A stretch of DNA of 64,000 bases from Diplonema japonicum (Eukaryota > Protista > Euglenozoa: Diplonemea), in NCBI GenBank assembly GCA_964019335.1, contig OZ025682.1, forward strand, positions 124,001-188,000, given 5' to 3'. The translations under genes were made by a program, and so were the position numbers. A model generated the notes under the pieces. That model searched no databases, was not told the DNA's origin, and saw nothing but the letters and a program-made list of their open reading frames with translations. Below are positions 44,006-55,872 of this stretch, piece by piece. Positions within the stretch are counted from its first letter, which is position 1, and each line of letters starts with the position of its first letter.

Positions 44006-45145
44006 ATGAAATTACTGCTCCTTGCATGCATCATCGCCCTCGCTGAAGGGCTCCGCCACCCAACTCTATGGAGTCTTGAGAAGCCCTGCAGCAGCGAGAA
44101 GAAGTGCAGGAATTGCGAGGGGAGGTGCGTGGAAGAAGAGACAGTGCAGTGCCTGAGGGACCCCTGCGAGGGCTCGCCATGCGGTGACAAGGAGATGTGC
44201 GTTGCGAACTCCTGCGGGGAGTGCAGCGCCTGCTGTCTGAAGCCGAAGAAGTGCAACAAGCGCTCGAAGACGTGCAAGGACGGGAGTGAGATCTTCAGGG
44301 ACCCCTTCAACAACTGCAAGTACCCCAAGTGCCCTGTCCCCTCCTGCGCCCCGAAGGACAGCACCACATTCTACGACCCGAAAACTTGTGAGATCAGCCT
44401 CATTCAATGCGAGGAGGGCTTCGAGTACTGGGGCAATTCGGACTGTGGTTGTGGTTGCAAGCCGAAGGTTGAGATCCCTGCCTGCGCTCCGAGGGGCAGC
44501 ACCTTCTTCTACGACCCGAAAACTTGTGAGATCAGCCTCATTCACTGCGAGGAGGGCTTCGAGTACTGGGGTAACCCGGACTGTGGTTGTGGTTGCAAGC
44601 CGAAGGCCCCTGCCTGCGCCCCGAGGGGCAGCACATTCTATGATCCCAGAACTTGCGAGATCAGCCTCATTCACTGCGAGGAGGGCTTCGAGTACTGGGG
44701 TAACCTCCCGGACTGTGGTTGTGGTTGCAAGCCGAAGAACCCTGCCTGCGCCCCGAAGGACAGCACATTCTACGATCCCAGAACTTGTGAGATCAGCCTC
44801 ATTCACTGCGAGGAGGGCTTCGAGTACTGGGGCAACCTCCCGGACTGTGGTTGTGGTTGCAAGCCGAAGAACCCTGCCTGCGCCCCGAGGGGCAGCACAT
44901 TCTACGATCCCAGAACTTGCGAGATCAGCCTCATTCACTGCGAGGAGGGCTTCGAGTACTGGGGCAACCTCCCGGACTGTGGTTGTGGTTGCAAGCCGAA
45001 GAACCCTGCCTGCGCCCCGAAGGACAGCACATTCTACGACCCCAGAACTTGTGAGATCAGCCTCATTCACTGCGAGGAGGGCTTCGAGTACTGGGGTAAC
45101 CTCCCGGACTGTGGTTGTGGTTGCAAGCCGAAGATCGAGAACTAA
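44006..45145 (+). CDS. Secreted cysteine-rich modular repeat protein
   Basis: Signal peptide MKLLLLACIIALAEG; six approx. 44-aa six-Cys repeats ending in DCGCGCKP. Confidence 0.88.
   Translation: MKLLLLACIIALAEGLRHPTLWSLEKPCSSEKKCRNCEGRCVEEETVQCLRDPCEGSPCGDKEMCVANSCGECSACCLKPKKCNKRSKTCKDGSEIFRDPFNNCKYPKCPVPSCAPKDSTTFYDPKTCEISLIQCEEGFEYWGNSDCGCGCKPKVEIPACAPRGSTFFYDPKTCEISLIHCEEGFEYWGNPDCGCGCKPKAPACAPRGSTFYDPRTCEISLIHCEEGFEYWGNLPDCGCGCKPKNPACAPKDSTFYDPRTCEISLIHCEEGFEYWGNLPDCGCGCKPKNPACAPRGSTFYDPRTCEISLIHCEEGFEYWGNLPDCGCGCKPKNPACAPKDSTFYDPRTCEISLIHCEEGFEYWGNLPDCGCGCKPKIEN
44341..45133 (+). repeat. Coding tandem repeat, 6 x approx. 132 bp
   Basis: Units 3-6 have a 132-bp period and alternate PRGS/PKDS. 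Confidence 0.95.
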
Positions 45146-46084
45146 AGAAGAGTTCTTTTTTTCAAGGAAACAAGATTAAGAAGAAAAAGAAAAAACGGAA
45201 ATTAAAATTCTGTTGATAACTCACTTTTTTTCTTCTTCTCAATTAGGCTTTTTTTTAAATTTTTTTTTGATACCTCATCTTATGAGACATCATCCGGATT
45301 AATTCATGAATAAGAACTATTCTCACTTAACCATCTACCAACGGACCATTTTTTGCCCACCAGGGGGGTAATTTTCCCGAATTAATTTCAAAAAAAAAAA
45401 CTATTCTAACGCAACCCCCGCCCCCCCCTTGGGATTTTGCAGAACTGCCCCCTCACCCTCGTTCGATAAAAAGAGAAAAGAAAGAAAAGGGAAAACAAAA
45501 AAATGCGAGAATGATCTATTGGCTGTGTCTCGGATACTTGTCAATGTGTGATCGGTTCTGGACCGGATGGAATTTAAAAAAAAAAAAAGAAGAAGAAAAA
45601 GTAAAAACAAAAAGAGGGCGTAAAAGAACGATAAAGGAGCATACAATCAAGCGAACAAGGCAACATTTAGCTTAGGCCGAAGTTCCTTGTTTTCTTTTTT
45701 GTTGCATTTTCTTTCTCTTTTATTCTCTCTTTTTTCTTATTACTTCTTTTTTTTTTTTTTTGTCATACCGGTTCAAATGACCCACTCGCTTTTTTTTTTT
45801 TGTTTTATTTCCCATTCCTGCTTTGCTCTCCTTAAAAAGGTTCTCGACCATCCCTTTTCTTCCTCCCTCTCTTCAATACCCTGTTTTTCTATCTAAATAT
45901 TCTCAGGCGTCAGTCTTAGACCCTCAAAGAAATATTTATCCAGATTTTAAGGGGTGACTTTTTATTTTATTCATTATTATTTTTTTTCTTTAAACCCTTG
46001 CATGCAAGTGCTCACCTCTTCACATATCAGGACTTTCCACACACAACAACAACAACAACAAACCTTTCACAAGAAGAAGAAAAA

Positions 46085-46702
46085 ATGATGACAAGAGCAG
46101 CTGTGATGTTCGCCCTTCTCGGGGTTGCGTCTGCTGGGACGGGGAGCGCTGCGAAGAAAACAGCAGGGGCTGCGGGGAGGCACGGCGGGAAGGCTCTCTG
46201 GGGCGGCGGCGGCGGGGGCTGGGGTCACCACGGGAAGATCGAGTTCACGACTTTCGCTGACGGGCGCCCCGACGGGGGGATCAGGCAGAGCGCTGACGTG
46301 GAGGACGGGTTGGACTCCCCTGGGGACGTGTTCGTCTTCGACCAGAAGCTCCTTGCGGACGACTCGACGACTGTGATCGGGAGGAATGCTGGGTACTGCA
46401 TCAGGACGGACCCCGGGAAGCCCGACTGGAGCGGGAAGGACCACCCCACCCTCCCCGACGACCCGGAGAACAACTGGGGCCAGTGCACCTGGACCCTCAC
46501 CTTCTACGAGGGGGCCGGCTCCGGCTACGAGGGGACCCTCCAGGTCTCGGGGAGGGAGTCCGATGCAGGTGTCTCTGCTGTTTCCATCGTCGGCGGGACT
46601 GGCGACTTCAAGGGGGCCTGGGGAGAGCTCCTCACCAACCCGGAAAACCAAGCAGCTGGTGGCGTTCTCTTCAGGCAGGTCCTGGAGATCCGCTTGAACT
46701 GA
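46085..46702 (+). CDS. Secreted dirigent / allene-oxide-cyclase-like beta-barrel protein, copy 1
   Basis: Signal peptide; SPGDVFVFDQKL, IGRNAGYCIRT, QCTWTLTF, SIVGGTGDFKGA.G. Confidence 0.85.
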   Translation: MMTRAAVMFALLGVASAGTGSAAKKTAGAAGRHGGKALWGGGGGGWGHHGKIEFTTFADGRPDGGIRQSADVEDGLDSPGDVFVFDQKLLADDSTTVIGRNAGYCIRTDPGKPDWSGKDHPTLPDDPENNWGQCTWTLTFYEGAGSGYEGTLQVSGRESDAGVSAVSIVGGTGDFKGAWGELLTNPENQAAGGVLFRQVLEIRLN

Positions 46703-47317
46703 GGAACAACAACAAAACAAAACTCAAACCCTTGTTTTACTTTCTCTTGTATTTTAAAATGAATAAAAAAAAAAAAGGGGGAGGTGAGGAGAAACAGAAA
46801 AAGCAACGACAACAAACAGAAACCTCTATCCAACAATTGTTTTTTTACTTCTTCTTTTCTTCTTCCCTTTTACCTTCAACCGTGCGACTGTCGCTGTTCC
46901 TTGAATCCTTGCTTTAATGGGGAATCCCTCCAACAGCATAAAAAAAGGGAAGACATGGAACGGCACACTCTTCTCCCTCTCTCATGTTGCCTTTTTTTTT
47001 TTTTTTTTTTTTAAACTTCTTATTTCTTTATTTTCTTTTGAAAGAAATTATGTTCCAATACTGAACGAAAAGTTTTTTGCGATCGCAAAGCACAGTAAGG
47101 CAAAACCAAGTGTTATTTTTCCCTGAAGGGCAGTCGATGACTCCTCTTGGGGGAACGAACACCGTTTTGTTCTTGTTGTGTCTTCTTTTTTTTTTTTTAC
47201 CTTTTATTTTCTTATTTTGCCTTTCTTGCCATGACCAATTCTATTATCTCAAACATCCAAAACAAAAAGGAACCTCTTTCTTCACAAAACCAAAACAAAA
47301 ACAAAAACAAAAACAAA

Positions 47318-47884
47318 ATGTCAAAGACCTCACTTATGGTGTTGATGCTGGCAGGAGCGGCGCAGGGATTCGGAGGGTGGCACCGCCGCCACATCGAGTT
47401 CACGACTTTCGCTGACGGGCGCCCCGACGGGGGGATCAGGCAGAGCGCTGACGTGGAAGACGGGTTGGACTCCCCTGGGGACATCTTCGTCTTCGACCAG
47501 AAGCTCCTTGCGGACGACTCGTGCAAGACTGTGATCGGGAGGAATGCTGGGTACTGCATCAGGACGGACCCCGGGAAGCCCGACTGGAGCGGGAAGGACC
47601 ACCCGAGCCTCCCCGACGACACCGAGAACAACTGGGGCCAGTGCACCTGGACCCTCACCTTCTACGAGGAGTCTGGCTACGAGGGGACCCTCCAGGTCTC
47701 GGGGAGGGAGTCCGACATGCACACCTCGTACGTCTCCATCATTGGCGGGACTGGCGACTTCAAGGGGGCCAAGGGGGTCCTCGCAACCACTCCCGAACCC
47801 CTCCCCCAGCAGGGCATCCTCTTCAGGCAGGAACTCGACATCACCCTCCCCAGGACCTCCTACTCAGGCTGGAGCGGGAACTGA
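47318..47884 (+). CDS. Secreted dirigent / AOC-like protein, copy 2
   Basis: Same core as copy 1 with different termini; ATG at 47318. Confidence 0.85.
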   Translation: MSKTSLMVLMLAGAAQGFGGWHRRHIEFTTFADGRPDGGIRQSADVEDGLDSPGDIFVFDQKLLADDSCKTVIGRNAGYCIRTDPGKPDWSGKDHPSLPDDTENNWGQCTWTLTFYEESGYEGTLQVSGRESDMHTSYVSIIGGTGDFKGAKGVLATTPEPLPQQGILFRQELDITLPRTSYSGWSGN

Positions 47885-48433
47885 GGTGGGGACAACCATA
47901 TTTTTTTTCTAAAACATTTGTTCTATATTAAAGAGTAAACAATGAAAAAAAAAGAAAGAAAAAAAAAAAGGAGAAAGAAAAGAAGAAAGCCAATCGTGCG
48001 ATACCATACCCCCACACACCCCCCCTTATTTGCGACCGTAACCTTTTATTCTGCTTTTGCCTTTAACGAGGGGGTTTCGACTCAGAAGTGAGGCTGCGGC
48101 CCACCCTTCTGTGTGTGGAGCTTCTCCGTTGCATTAGCAGACTCATCCTTCCTCTCTGTTTTTTTTTTTTTTTTTTATATTTTATTTTACTTTTTTTCCT
48201 TCTGAAAAAAGTTTTTTTTTCTTCTATATTCCATGAACGATACCGAAACCCCTCCATCGAAAGAGGGACAGGGTTTCTTACTTTTTCTTTCTTTTCCATT
48301 CTGTTGGCCTTTTTTTATATTCACATTTGTTCTTCTTCGCGAAGGGGGGGGGGGGGGGGGGGGAAGCGAATTCAATCCAAATCCAGAAAAGTAGTTGCCA
48401 TTAACACCTCCCTCCCCCTCCCCCTCCCCCGAC

Positions 48434-49483
48434 ATGGCACGCGACTACACTGAAGAAGAAATCACAAAAAAGATAGCAAACGAGATCTCCGAGACGAGTG
48501 GTTTGGGTCCGTGCAACTTCACCCCCTTTACGGAGGTGCTGAACGTAATCGGATGCAGGAGGGTGTCAATGAAAGACAGAGGCGACCCAGTAATATTTGA
48601 GTCTCCGGGGCTAGGTATGGAGGGCGTGGTCTGCGGTCTCTCAGTTAACGAGGAGGGCATGAACTTTCATCCATGGCCGGCGGGGACAGCCTTGAGAGGA
48701 GAGGAAATAGAAATACCGACTCAACAAGAAAAGGCACGCACCAACAATTGGTACTACCGCACGAAACAACTGAAGAACACCGCGACACTGACCCTAAACG
48801 ACAACAGGGCAGACCAGCTCAAAAAAAAACCGCTAAAAATCTTCCACTTCATGGTGTACCTACGGATAGGCAGGGTGAGAACTGTGACAGAACTCCACAC
48901 ACACATGAAAAACTCAATGCCGAGGGAGTGTTACTACGAAAACGACATGGAGTGCGGTACGGAGGTCAGCAAAATTACAGTGAGCCTAAAGTGCCCTATC
49001 ATGGGCACCGCAATCACAGTGCCAGTTCGTCCGCGGAAATGTGCTCACGAACAAGTGTGGGACTTGAGCACACACTTGATGCTTTTGAGTGAACAGCGAC
49101 ACCCTCCGAAGGGCATCCGATGTCAGATTTGCGACAAAGCCTACCAGTTCAAGGAGTTGGTTGTCGATCTCACCTTCTTAAACGTTATCGCAGAAGGCAC
49201 TTCCATCGCCCGCAACACTGTGTTCACAGCTGCCCAATGGGAAAGTTACAAAACCCCTCGTCCGCAACATTCTGAAACCGTGTCGCGTGGTGCAGGGGGG
49301 GAACTGCTTCAACACGTGGTTGGCAGCACGAAGGGGTCCCTCCTCAAGCCTGTGCTTCTCATGACACACCTTTACACCCCCACATCAACACTCCTTGATA
49401 TCCCACCAGACGCAAAAGTGCTCAACGGGAAGTGGATCAGTTACCCTGATATACCGACGCGTTACTTCATCGTGGAAGGGTAG
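48434..49483 (+). CDS. MIZ/SP-RING zinc finger protein (PIAS/Siz-like, putative SUMO E3 ligase)
   Basis: VSLKCPIMGTAITVPVRPRKCAHEQVWD...RCQICDK...ELVVD. Confidence 0.78.
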   Translation: MARDYTEEEITKKIANEISETSGLGPCNFTPFTEVLNVIGCRRVSMKDRGDPVIFESPGLGMEGVVCGLSVNEEGMNFHPWPAGTALRGEEIEIPTQQEKARTNNWYYRTKQLKNTATLTLNDNRADQLKKKPLKIFHFMVYLRIGRVRTVTELHTHMKNSMPRECYYENDMECGTEVSKITVSLKCPIMGTAITVPVRPRKCAHEQVWDLSTHLMLLSEQRHPPKGIRCQICDKAYQFKELVVDLTFLNVIAEGTSIARNTVFTAAQWESYKTPRPQHSETVSRGAGGELLQHVVGSTKGSLLKPVLLMTHLYTPTSTLLDIPPDAKVLNGKWISYPDIPTRYFIVEG

Positions 49484-49650
49484 TTATACTGATCTTATTT
49501 TAGTAGATTCTTTTTTCTTTTTTTTTTTCCTTTTTTTTTTTTCTTCCATTTCCCCCGTGTTCACCATATTACATTATAAACAGGAAGGGAAAGGCGAAAC
49601 AAAAGGCAACAGAAAAAAAAAAGCCAAGAAAAAAAAAACCTTCGGCAGTT

Positions 49651-50649
49651 ATGGGGGCCGAAAATGAGCCAGAGCCCAAGGGGAGCGTGGCGGAGGCGGG
49701 TGGTGCCTTCGCAGATGGCGAGACAATTGATGACAAGATAAGTAACATGAACGCGAAGAGGGCCACACACGACCTGCCACCTGTGACAGACGAGGACTAC
49801 ACGATCGAGGGTGAGGGGGAGGACAAGAAGCTTGTGTGGTCGGAGAAAGTGCGTGACGACCTCAACAACATGGCAATGGGGAACGTGGACCGCAGTGGGC
49901 CTGTGAAGAAGCAGAGCTCCCTTGTGAGGAGACAGCCTGCTGGTGGCGACACGAAGGCGAGTCAGGAGGTGCAGTACTGGCAGGTCGCTGCCAAGATCGA
50001 GAATGGTGAATGTGACCACGTGTACAAGAAACCCAACGGCGCCGCGCACTCTGACGGCCTCGTGTGGGAAAAGAGCGGGATCCTCTCAGACATCAACAGG
50101 ACCAAGCCCCTCGACAGCAAGGGGTTGACAGAAGGCGAGAGAGATGTATGAAAGGAAAAGAAGAAGAATAAAGGGGAAAAAATAATAATTCACAGGAGCT
50201 CTTTAAGTCGTGGGGCAGAAACGAACTCACCCCCAAGAACGTGGTGTCCCCTTTCATGAAGCTTGTGGAACAGTTCAAGGGGTTCTTCTCTCTTCTCCTT
50301 GAGGTTGGTGGTATCCTGTGTTTCATTGCCTACGCAGTGTCCCCCACCACTCCCGAGAACGTATGCTAAGGGAGGGGTTGTTTTTTTTTTTCTTTTTTTT
50401 TTTCTTCTTCTTTTTTAAACAACAACCACAGCTGTACCTGGGTGTCGTGTTGTGGATCGTGGTGACGGTGACCTGCGTGTTCTCCTTCTGGCAAGAGCAG
50501 TCTGCTGACAATATGATGCAAAAGTTCAAAGAAATGGGAGGGTCGCAAAACGTTGTGCGCATCAACGACGGCCCCGGTGCACCAGTGAGGGAGAAGTTGT
50601 TTCCCTCGACTGAGGTATAAAGAAAAAAGAGAAAAGAAATAATAACCCA

Positions 50650-50709
<60 letters not shown>

Positions 50710-52528
50710 TCGTGCCCGGTGACATCGTTATGCTTCGCTTGGGTGACAAGATCACAGCGGACTTCCGTATCCTCGCTACGATCGGAGAGTTCAAAGTGGA
50801 GCAGTCTGCCCTGACCGGTGAACCCGACGCCCTGACGAAGAACAACGAGCCGCATGGGTGCAGAGAGTCTATGGAGAAGGCGGGACTTCTGGAATCAGAG
50901 CTGACCGGAGACGTGCGGGCACACATCATGAACGCAAGCAGCGAGTGGGGGAAGACGCACGACGGGAAGCCCGGTATGGAGGACGCCATCAGGTGCAGCA
51001 ACGTCGCGATGTTCGGAACCAGCATCAAGGAGGGTAAGGCTGTGGCGCAGTGCGTGGCAACCGGAGACTGGACGGTGATGGGGCTGCTGTACGAGATGAC
51101 GACGCAGGAGGCAGACGAGGACACGCCGCTCGCACAGGAGATCCACCGTTTCGTGTTCATCATCTCGTGTATCGCTGTGTTCCTCGGGATCCTTTTCCTC
51201 ATCATCTCGCTGAGCTACAACCTGCCGCCCATCGACGTGATCGTCTTCACCATCGGTATCATTGTGGCGAACGTGCCTGAGGGGCTGCTCGCGACGGTGA
51301 CGGTCTCGCTGACGCTGACGGCAGCGAGGATGAAGGACGTGAACGTGTTGGTGAAGAACTTGGAGGCTGTGGAGACGCTTGGGTCGACCTCGATCATCTG
51401 CAGTGACAAGACGGGGACGCTGACGCAGAACAAGATGACGGTGGTGCACGCGTGGACGGCGAACTTCTCGGAGAAGCTTGGGAAGGAGCAGGTTGGAACG
51501 TACTGGAGCACGGCGCCGGAGGGACAGATGGTGAACAACCCCTTCGTCGGGCACGACATGCGCTCCATGGAGCAGACGGACCCCGCTTACGTAGGAAACG
51601 AGGTGTGCGCGGACCTGGTGCAGATCGGGGCCCTGTGCAGCAGTGCGAAGTGGGACGTGCAGGACAAGGTGGACAGGAGGACCGGGAAGATCATTGCGAA
51701 GTTCGCGGACCTCCCGATCCAGCAGAGGACCGCGTCCGGTGACGCTTCGGAGCAGGCCATCATGAAGTACGCTGAGGCGAGGCTGCAGACGAAGGGAGGC
51801 GTGGAGAACATGAGGAGCCGCTTCCCGGACGCGAGGGGCGGGACGATCCCCTTCGACTCGAAGAACAAGTGGATGGTTCAGTCCTGCGAAACCGGCGAGT
51901 CCGGTGAGACCGCTCGCGTGTTCGTGAAGGGAGGTGCCGACAAGGTGTGGCAGTTCGTGAACAGGGTCGCCGCCGTCGACGAGAACAAGAACCTGGTGTA
52001 CAGAGCGAAGGCTGACTACGAGGACGCCTTCTTGGAGGTGCTCGCCCTGATGGCGAGCCAGGGTCTCCGTCTCTTCTGCTTCGGTTACCTGGACCTCACC
52101 TCCGAGATGCTCGAGCCCTCGAAGCTCTCCCAGGGCGACGATGTTGTCGGCTCCTGGAGGAACATGCTGAAGCTCCCGCCCGGTACCGACACCTGGGGCG
52201 ACGAGCCCAGGCAGCCCAACCTCTTCAGGAAGAACGGTCCTTACTACAGGGAGGATCTCAGCAACGAGCACGGCAGGAACAACGGTCTTGTCTTCGCTGG
52301 TATCCTCGCCCTCCAGGATCCCCCCAGGTTGGGTGTCCCCGAGGCCGTGAAGACCTGCCACGAGGTGTGTGTGTTTGTTTTTCCGTCTTTACCTTTTTTT
52401 TTTTTTTTCTTCTTCTTCTTAGGCCTCCATCCACGTCGTCATGGTTACCGGTGACCACCCCCAGACCGGTGCCGCCATCGCAAAGAACATTGGTATCCTG
52501 TGGGGCAAGACCATGGTATGCAAGCGAC

Positions 52529-52559
<31 letters not shown>

Positions 52560-53891
52560 CAACCACACAGGAGGAGCTTGTGACCGAAAGGTGCCAGATC
52601 GGACAGAAGGGTCTCGACATCGCAAGGCAGGACGGTGCTCTCCCCCAGTCAGTGATCGACCAGTGGAAGGGCAAGCCCGGAATCAAGGCCAACTTCTCCA
52701 AGGCTTTCCAGCAGGAAGTGAAGGAGCAGATCCAGAAGGAGGAGTCCCTGAAGACGGAGGCGGAGAGGACCATCACCTCTCTGGCCGTCGACGGTGAGCA
52801 GATCGCCAAGTGGGACGCCGAGAAGTACACCCAAGACTGGTGTGTGTGAAAAGACACTATGAAAATGATACAAACCAAACCACCACCACAGGTACAAAGC
52901 CTTCGAGTTCGTGCTGAGGAAGGGTAGGTGCGGTCTCGTGTTCGCGAGGACCTCGCCCATCCAGAAGCTGTTTATTGTGAACCACTTCAGAATGGCTCAC
53001 ACCTACATGTCGGACGTTAACACCGAGCAGCAGGTGGCGTACGGCGAGATCGACACCGATGCCATGCCCATCCTTGTGGTATGCAGGGGATAGGAGGAGA
53101 AACAACGACAAGAAAACCCACACAACACAACTACAGAAAGACGAGATGGTGACTGCTGTGACTGGCGACGGTGTGAACGACGCCCCCGCCCTGAGCAAGG
53201 CCAGGATCGGGATCTGCATGGGTATCGCTGGTACCGATGTGACGAAGGAAGCCGCCGACATGATTCTCATGGACGACAACTTCGCCTCGATCGTGCGTGG
53301 TGTGAAGGAGGGTCGTCTCATCTTCGACAACTTGAAGAAGTCCATCGCCTACACCCTGTCGTCGAACATCCCTGAGATCAGTCCTTTCATCTCCTTCATC
53401 CTTGCCGGGCTTCCCCTGCCCCTCTCCACTGTGCTCATTCTCTGCATCGATCTTGGTACCGACATGGTTCCCGCCATCTCTCTTGCGTATGGAGGAAGAA
53501 CGGCTTTTTTTTTTTTTTTTTTATATAAATATATCTATCTAACCACCCACCACACACAGCTACGAGAACCCCGAGAAGGACATCATGAAGAGGAAGCCGC
53601 GTTCCGCTGACGACAACCTTGTGACCACCCGTCTGATCTCCTTCTCGTACTTCCAGATCGGAATCGTGCAGGCGCTTGCCGGGTATGCTGCACCACCACC
53701 GCACCACCGCGACACCACACGCACAGATTCTACACCTTCTTCGCAGTGATGTACAGCGAGGGGTACGCTCCTGAGTCGCTCCCCCAGCACGGGCAGATCA
53801 AGGGATACTTCACCCCAGGGGGTCCTCCCTTCGGTGGCTTCTCTGTGACGGAGAACCTGAACTCCTTGGGCACGGCACAGGTACCACTCTT

Positions 53892-53940
<49 letters not shown>

Positions 53941-54569
53941 ATCATCCAAACAGACCGCCTTCTTCGTGTCGATTGTGATTGTGCAGTGGTCCGACATTTT
54001 GATCTGCAAGACCCGTCGTCTGTCTCTGTTCACGCAGGGCATGAAGTATGTCGTTTGTCAAAAAAAAAAAAAAAAAAAAAAAAAAAACCATACTTCCCTC
54101 ACAGGAACGACCAGCTGAACTTCGGTCTGTTCTTCGAGACTGCGCTCGCCTGCTTCCTGCTGTACGTGCCGGGTATCTCGCAGGTGCTGGGGCTCAAGAA
54201 GCTGAAGTTCATCTACTGGTTGCCCGCCATCCCCTTCTCCATCCTGATCTTCTGCTACGATGAGACCAGGAAGTGGATCATCAGGCACCACGACGGTATG
54301 CAGCATGCACATCCACACACCACACCACAGACGCCATGGACTTCTTCAAGTACCAGAAGGAGAGCGGGCTCCTCAAGGGAGAATACGACGAGGAGAAGTT
54401 CTGGGAGGGCGTGTCTCAGGACAGGGAGAAGGTGGCCCCTCTTGAGGACCCCTTGGAGAAGACCGAGCAGGAGAAGCGCGAGTACCAATCCCACTACGAT
54501 GACCTCGACAGGACTGCAACAACCATGGAGAAGATTGCCAAGTGGCTCGACCTCTACTCTTACTGGTAG
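49651..54569 (+). CDS. P2C-type (Na+/K+-ATPase alpha-like) ATPase 1, 13 exons
   Basis: Motifs [47 protein letters not shown] and C-terminal SYW. Introns: 50146-50195, 50361-50431, 50615-50708, 52365-52422, 52516-52570, 52840-52891, 53079-53136, 53487-53559, 53683-53726, 53881-53953, 54046-54104, 54296-54330. Confidence 0.92.
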
Positions 54570-55872
54570 GCCGTTTTGTCCTCCCTTTCCCCCCCCATTT
54601 TTTTCTCCCCCCTCCTTTCACCCCATCCCCCTTATAGAAATGCCCTCATTTTATCTTTTTTTTTTCTCCCTCTTCTGTTTTTTTTTTTTTTTTTTTTTTA
54701 ACAGCTTCCCCTTCCCATCTCATTTTGGTGTAGCCCTTTTTTTTTTCCCTCTTCCCACCTCGCACCTTTTTTTTGAGAGCAAAGGAAAAAAAAAAAGAAA
54801 AACGACCAAATAAAGTCCATACTAAAAAGGGGGGGAGAGGGCTAGATATACGATTAAAGCCTGGGGGGGGGGGGGGGGGGAGTGGATAAGGTGTTGGGTT
54901 TAAAAAAAGGAAAGGGGGTGTGGCGAGTTTGTAATTGTATTGGTGGGTGTGAAGAAGAAAAGAAAAAAAAGAGGAGGAATGTGGATTTGTGCCCGCCCCT
55001 AGTTGGATTTGCGAACCAGGAAGATTAAATTTTTTGTTTTTTCTTTGCTGTGACGAAAGAATGGTGACTCCCCCTCCCCCCACTGCGCCACCCCCCCACC
55101 CCTCATGTTACATTGGGGATACCAGAGGGGGGGGAAAATCCTTTTTTTTTCCCCCCATCTCTGTACTTCCCCCCACCCATCCCCTCTTCATTTTCTTTTT
55201 TACCCCATTATCACACCCTCCCCTCCCCTACTTTTCTTATTTTTATTTCGCCTATTTCATTATGATGATGCCTCCTTCAGGGAAGAAAAAAAAAAAAATA
55301 CCCCCAAGGGTTGTCTGGGAGGGCCCCTGGAACCTTTTTTTTTTGTTGAGGGGGGTTCTTTTTTTGTTCATTCTAAAAAAAAAAAAATGCGTGCATGCAA
55401 GCAAATAGGAGGCGATCACCCCTTTTTTTATTTTCTTCCCCTTGTACCTGGTATAACTTTGGGTTTACACCTTCACCCAACCCACCCCCTATTCGTTTCC
55501 TCCGGCAGAAAAAAAAAAAGAGAAAAAAAAAAGAAAAAAAAGTAGGGCCATCTCTTGTGGTGCATGTCTCGCAAAAACTCCCTTCCCCTGTCTCCTTTTT
55601 ATTTTTACTTCTTTTTTTTTACTTGTATTTATTACTACCCTTCCCCCCACCATGTCTTTTCCCCCTACTTTTTTGAAGCCCCCCCCACCAACTTTTTCTC
55701 CTCCCACCACCCCCTTCCCCAATTTCTTTTTCTTTTCTTCAAGCTTGTGTTTTTTCTTTACTTTTTTTATTCCACTTTTTTTTTTGGAGAAAGATCCTAT
55801 AGGGTTTCAAGAAAAAAAAAAAAGTGTAAAAAAAAAAAATAAAAAAAGAAAAACCCAAAAAAAAAAAGAAAA

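Noticed and set aside
50895-52361. 488-aa minus-strand ORF (also 58853-60346 and 44066-45070)
   Set aside because: These are antisense shadows of GC3-rich coding exons, with no independent motifs.
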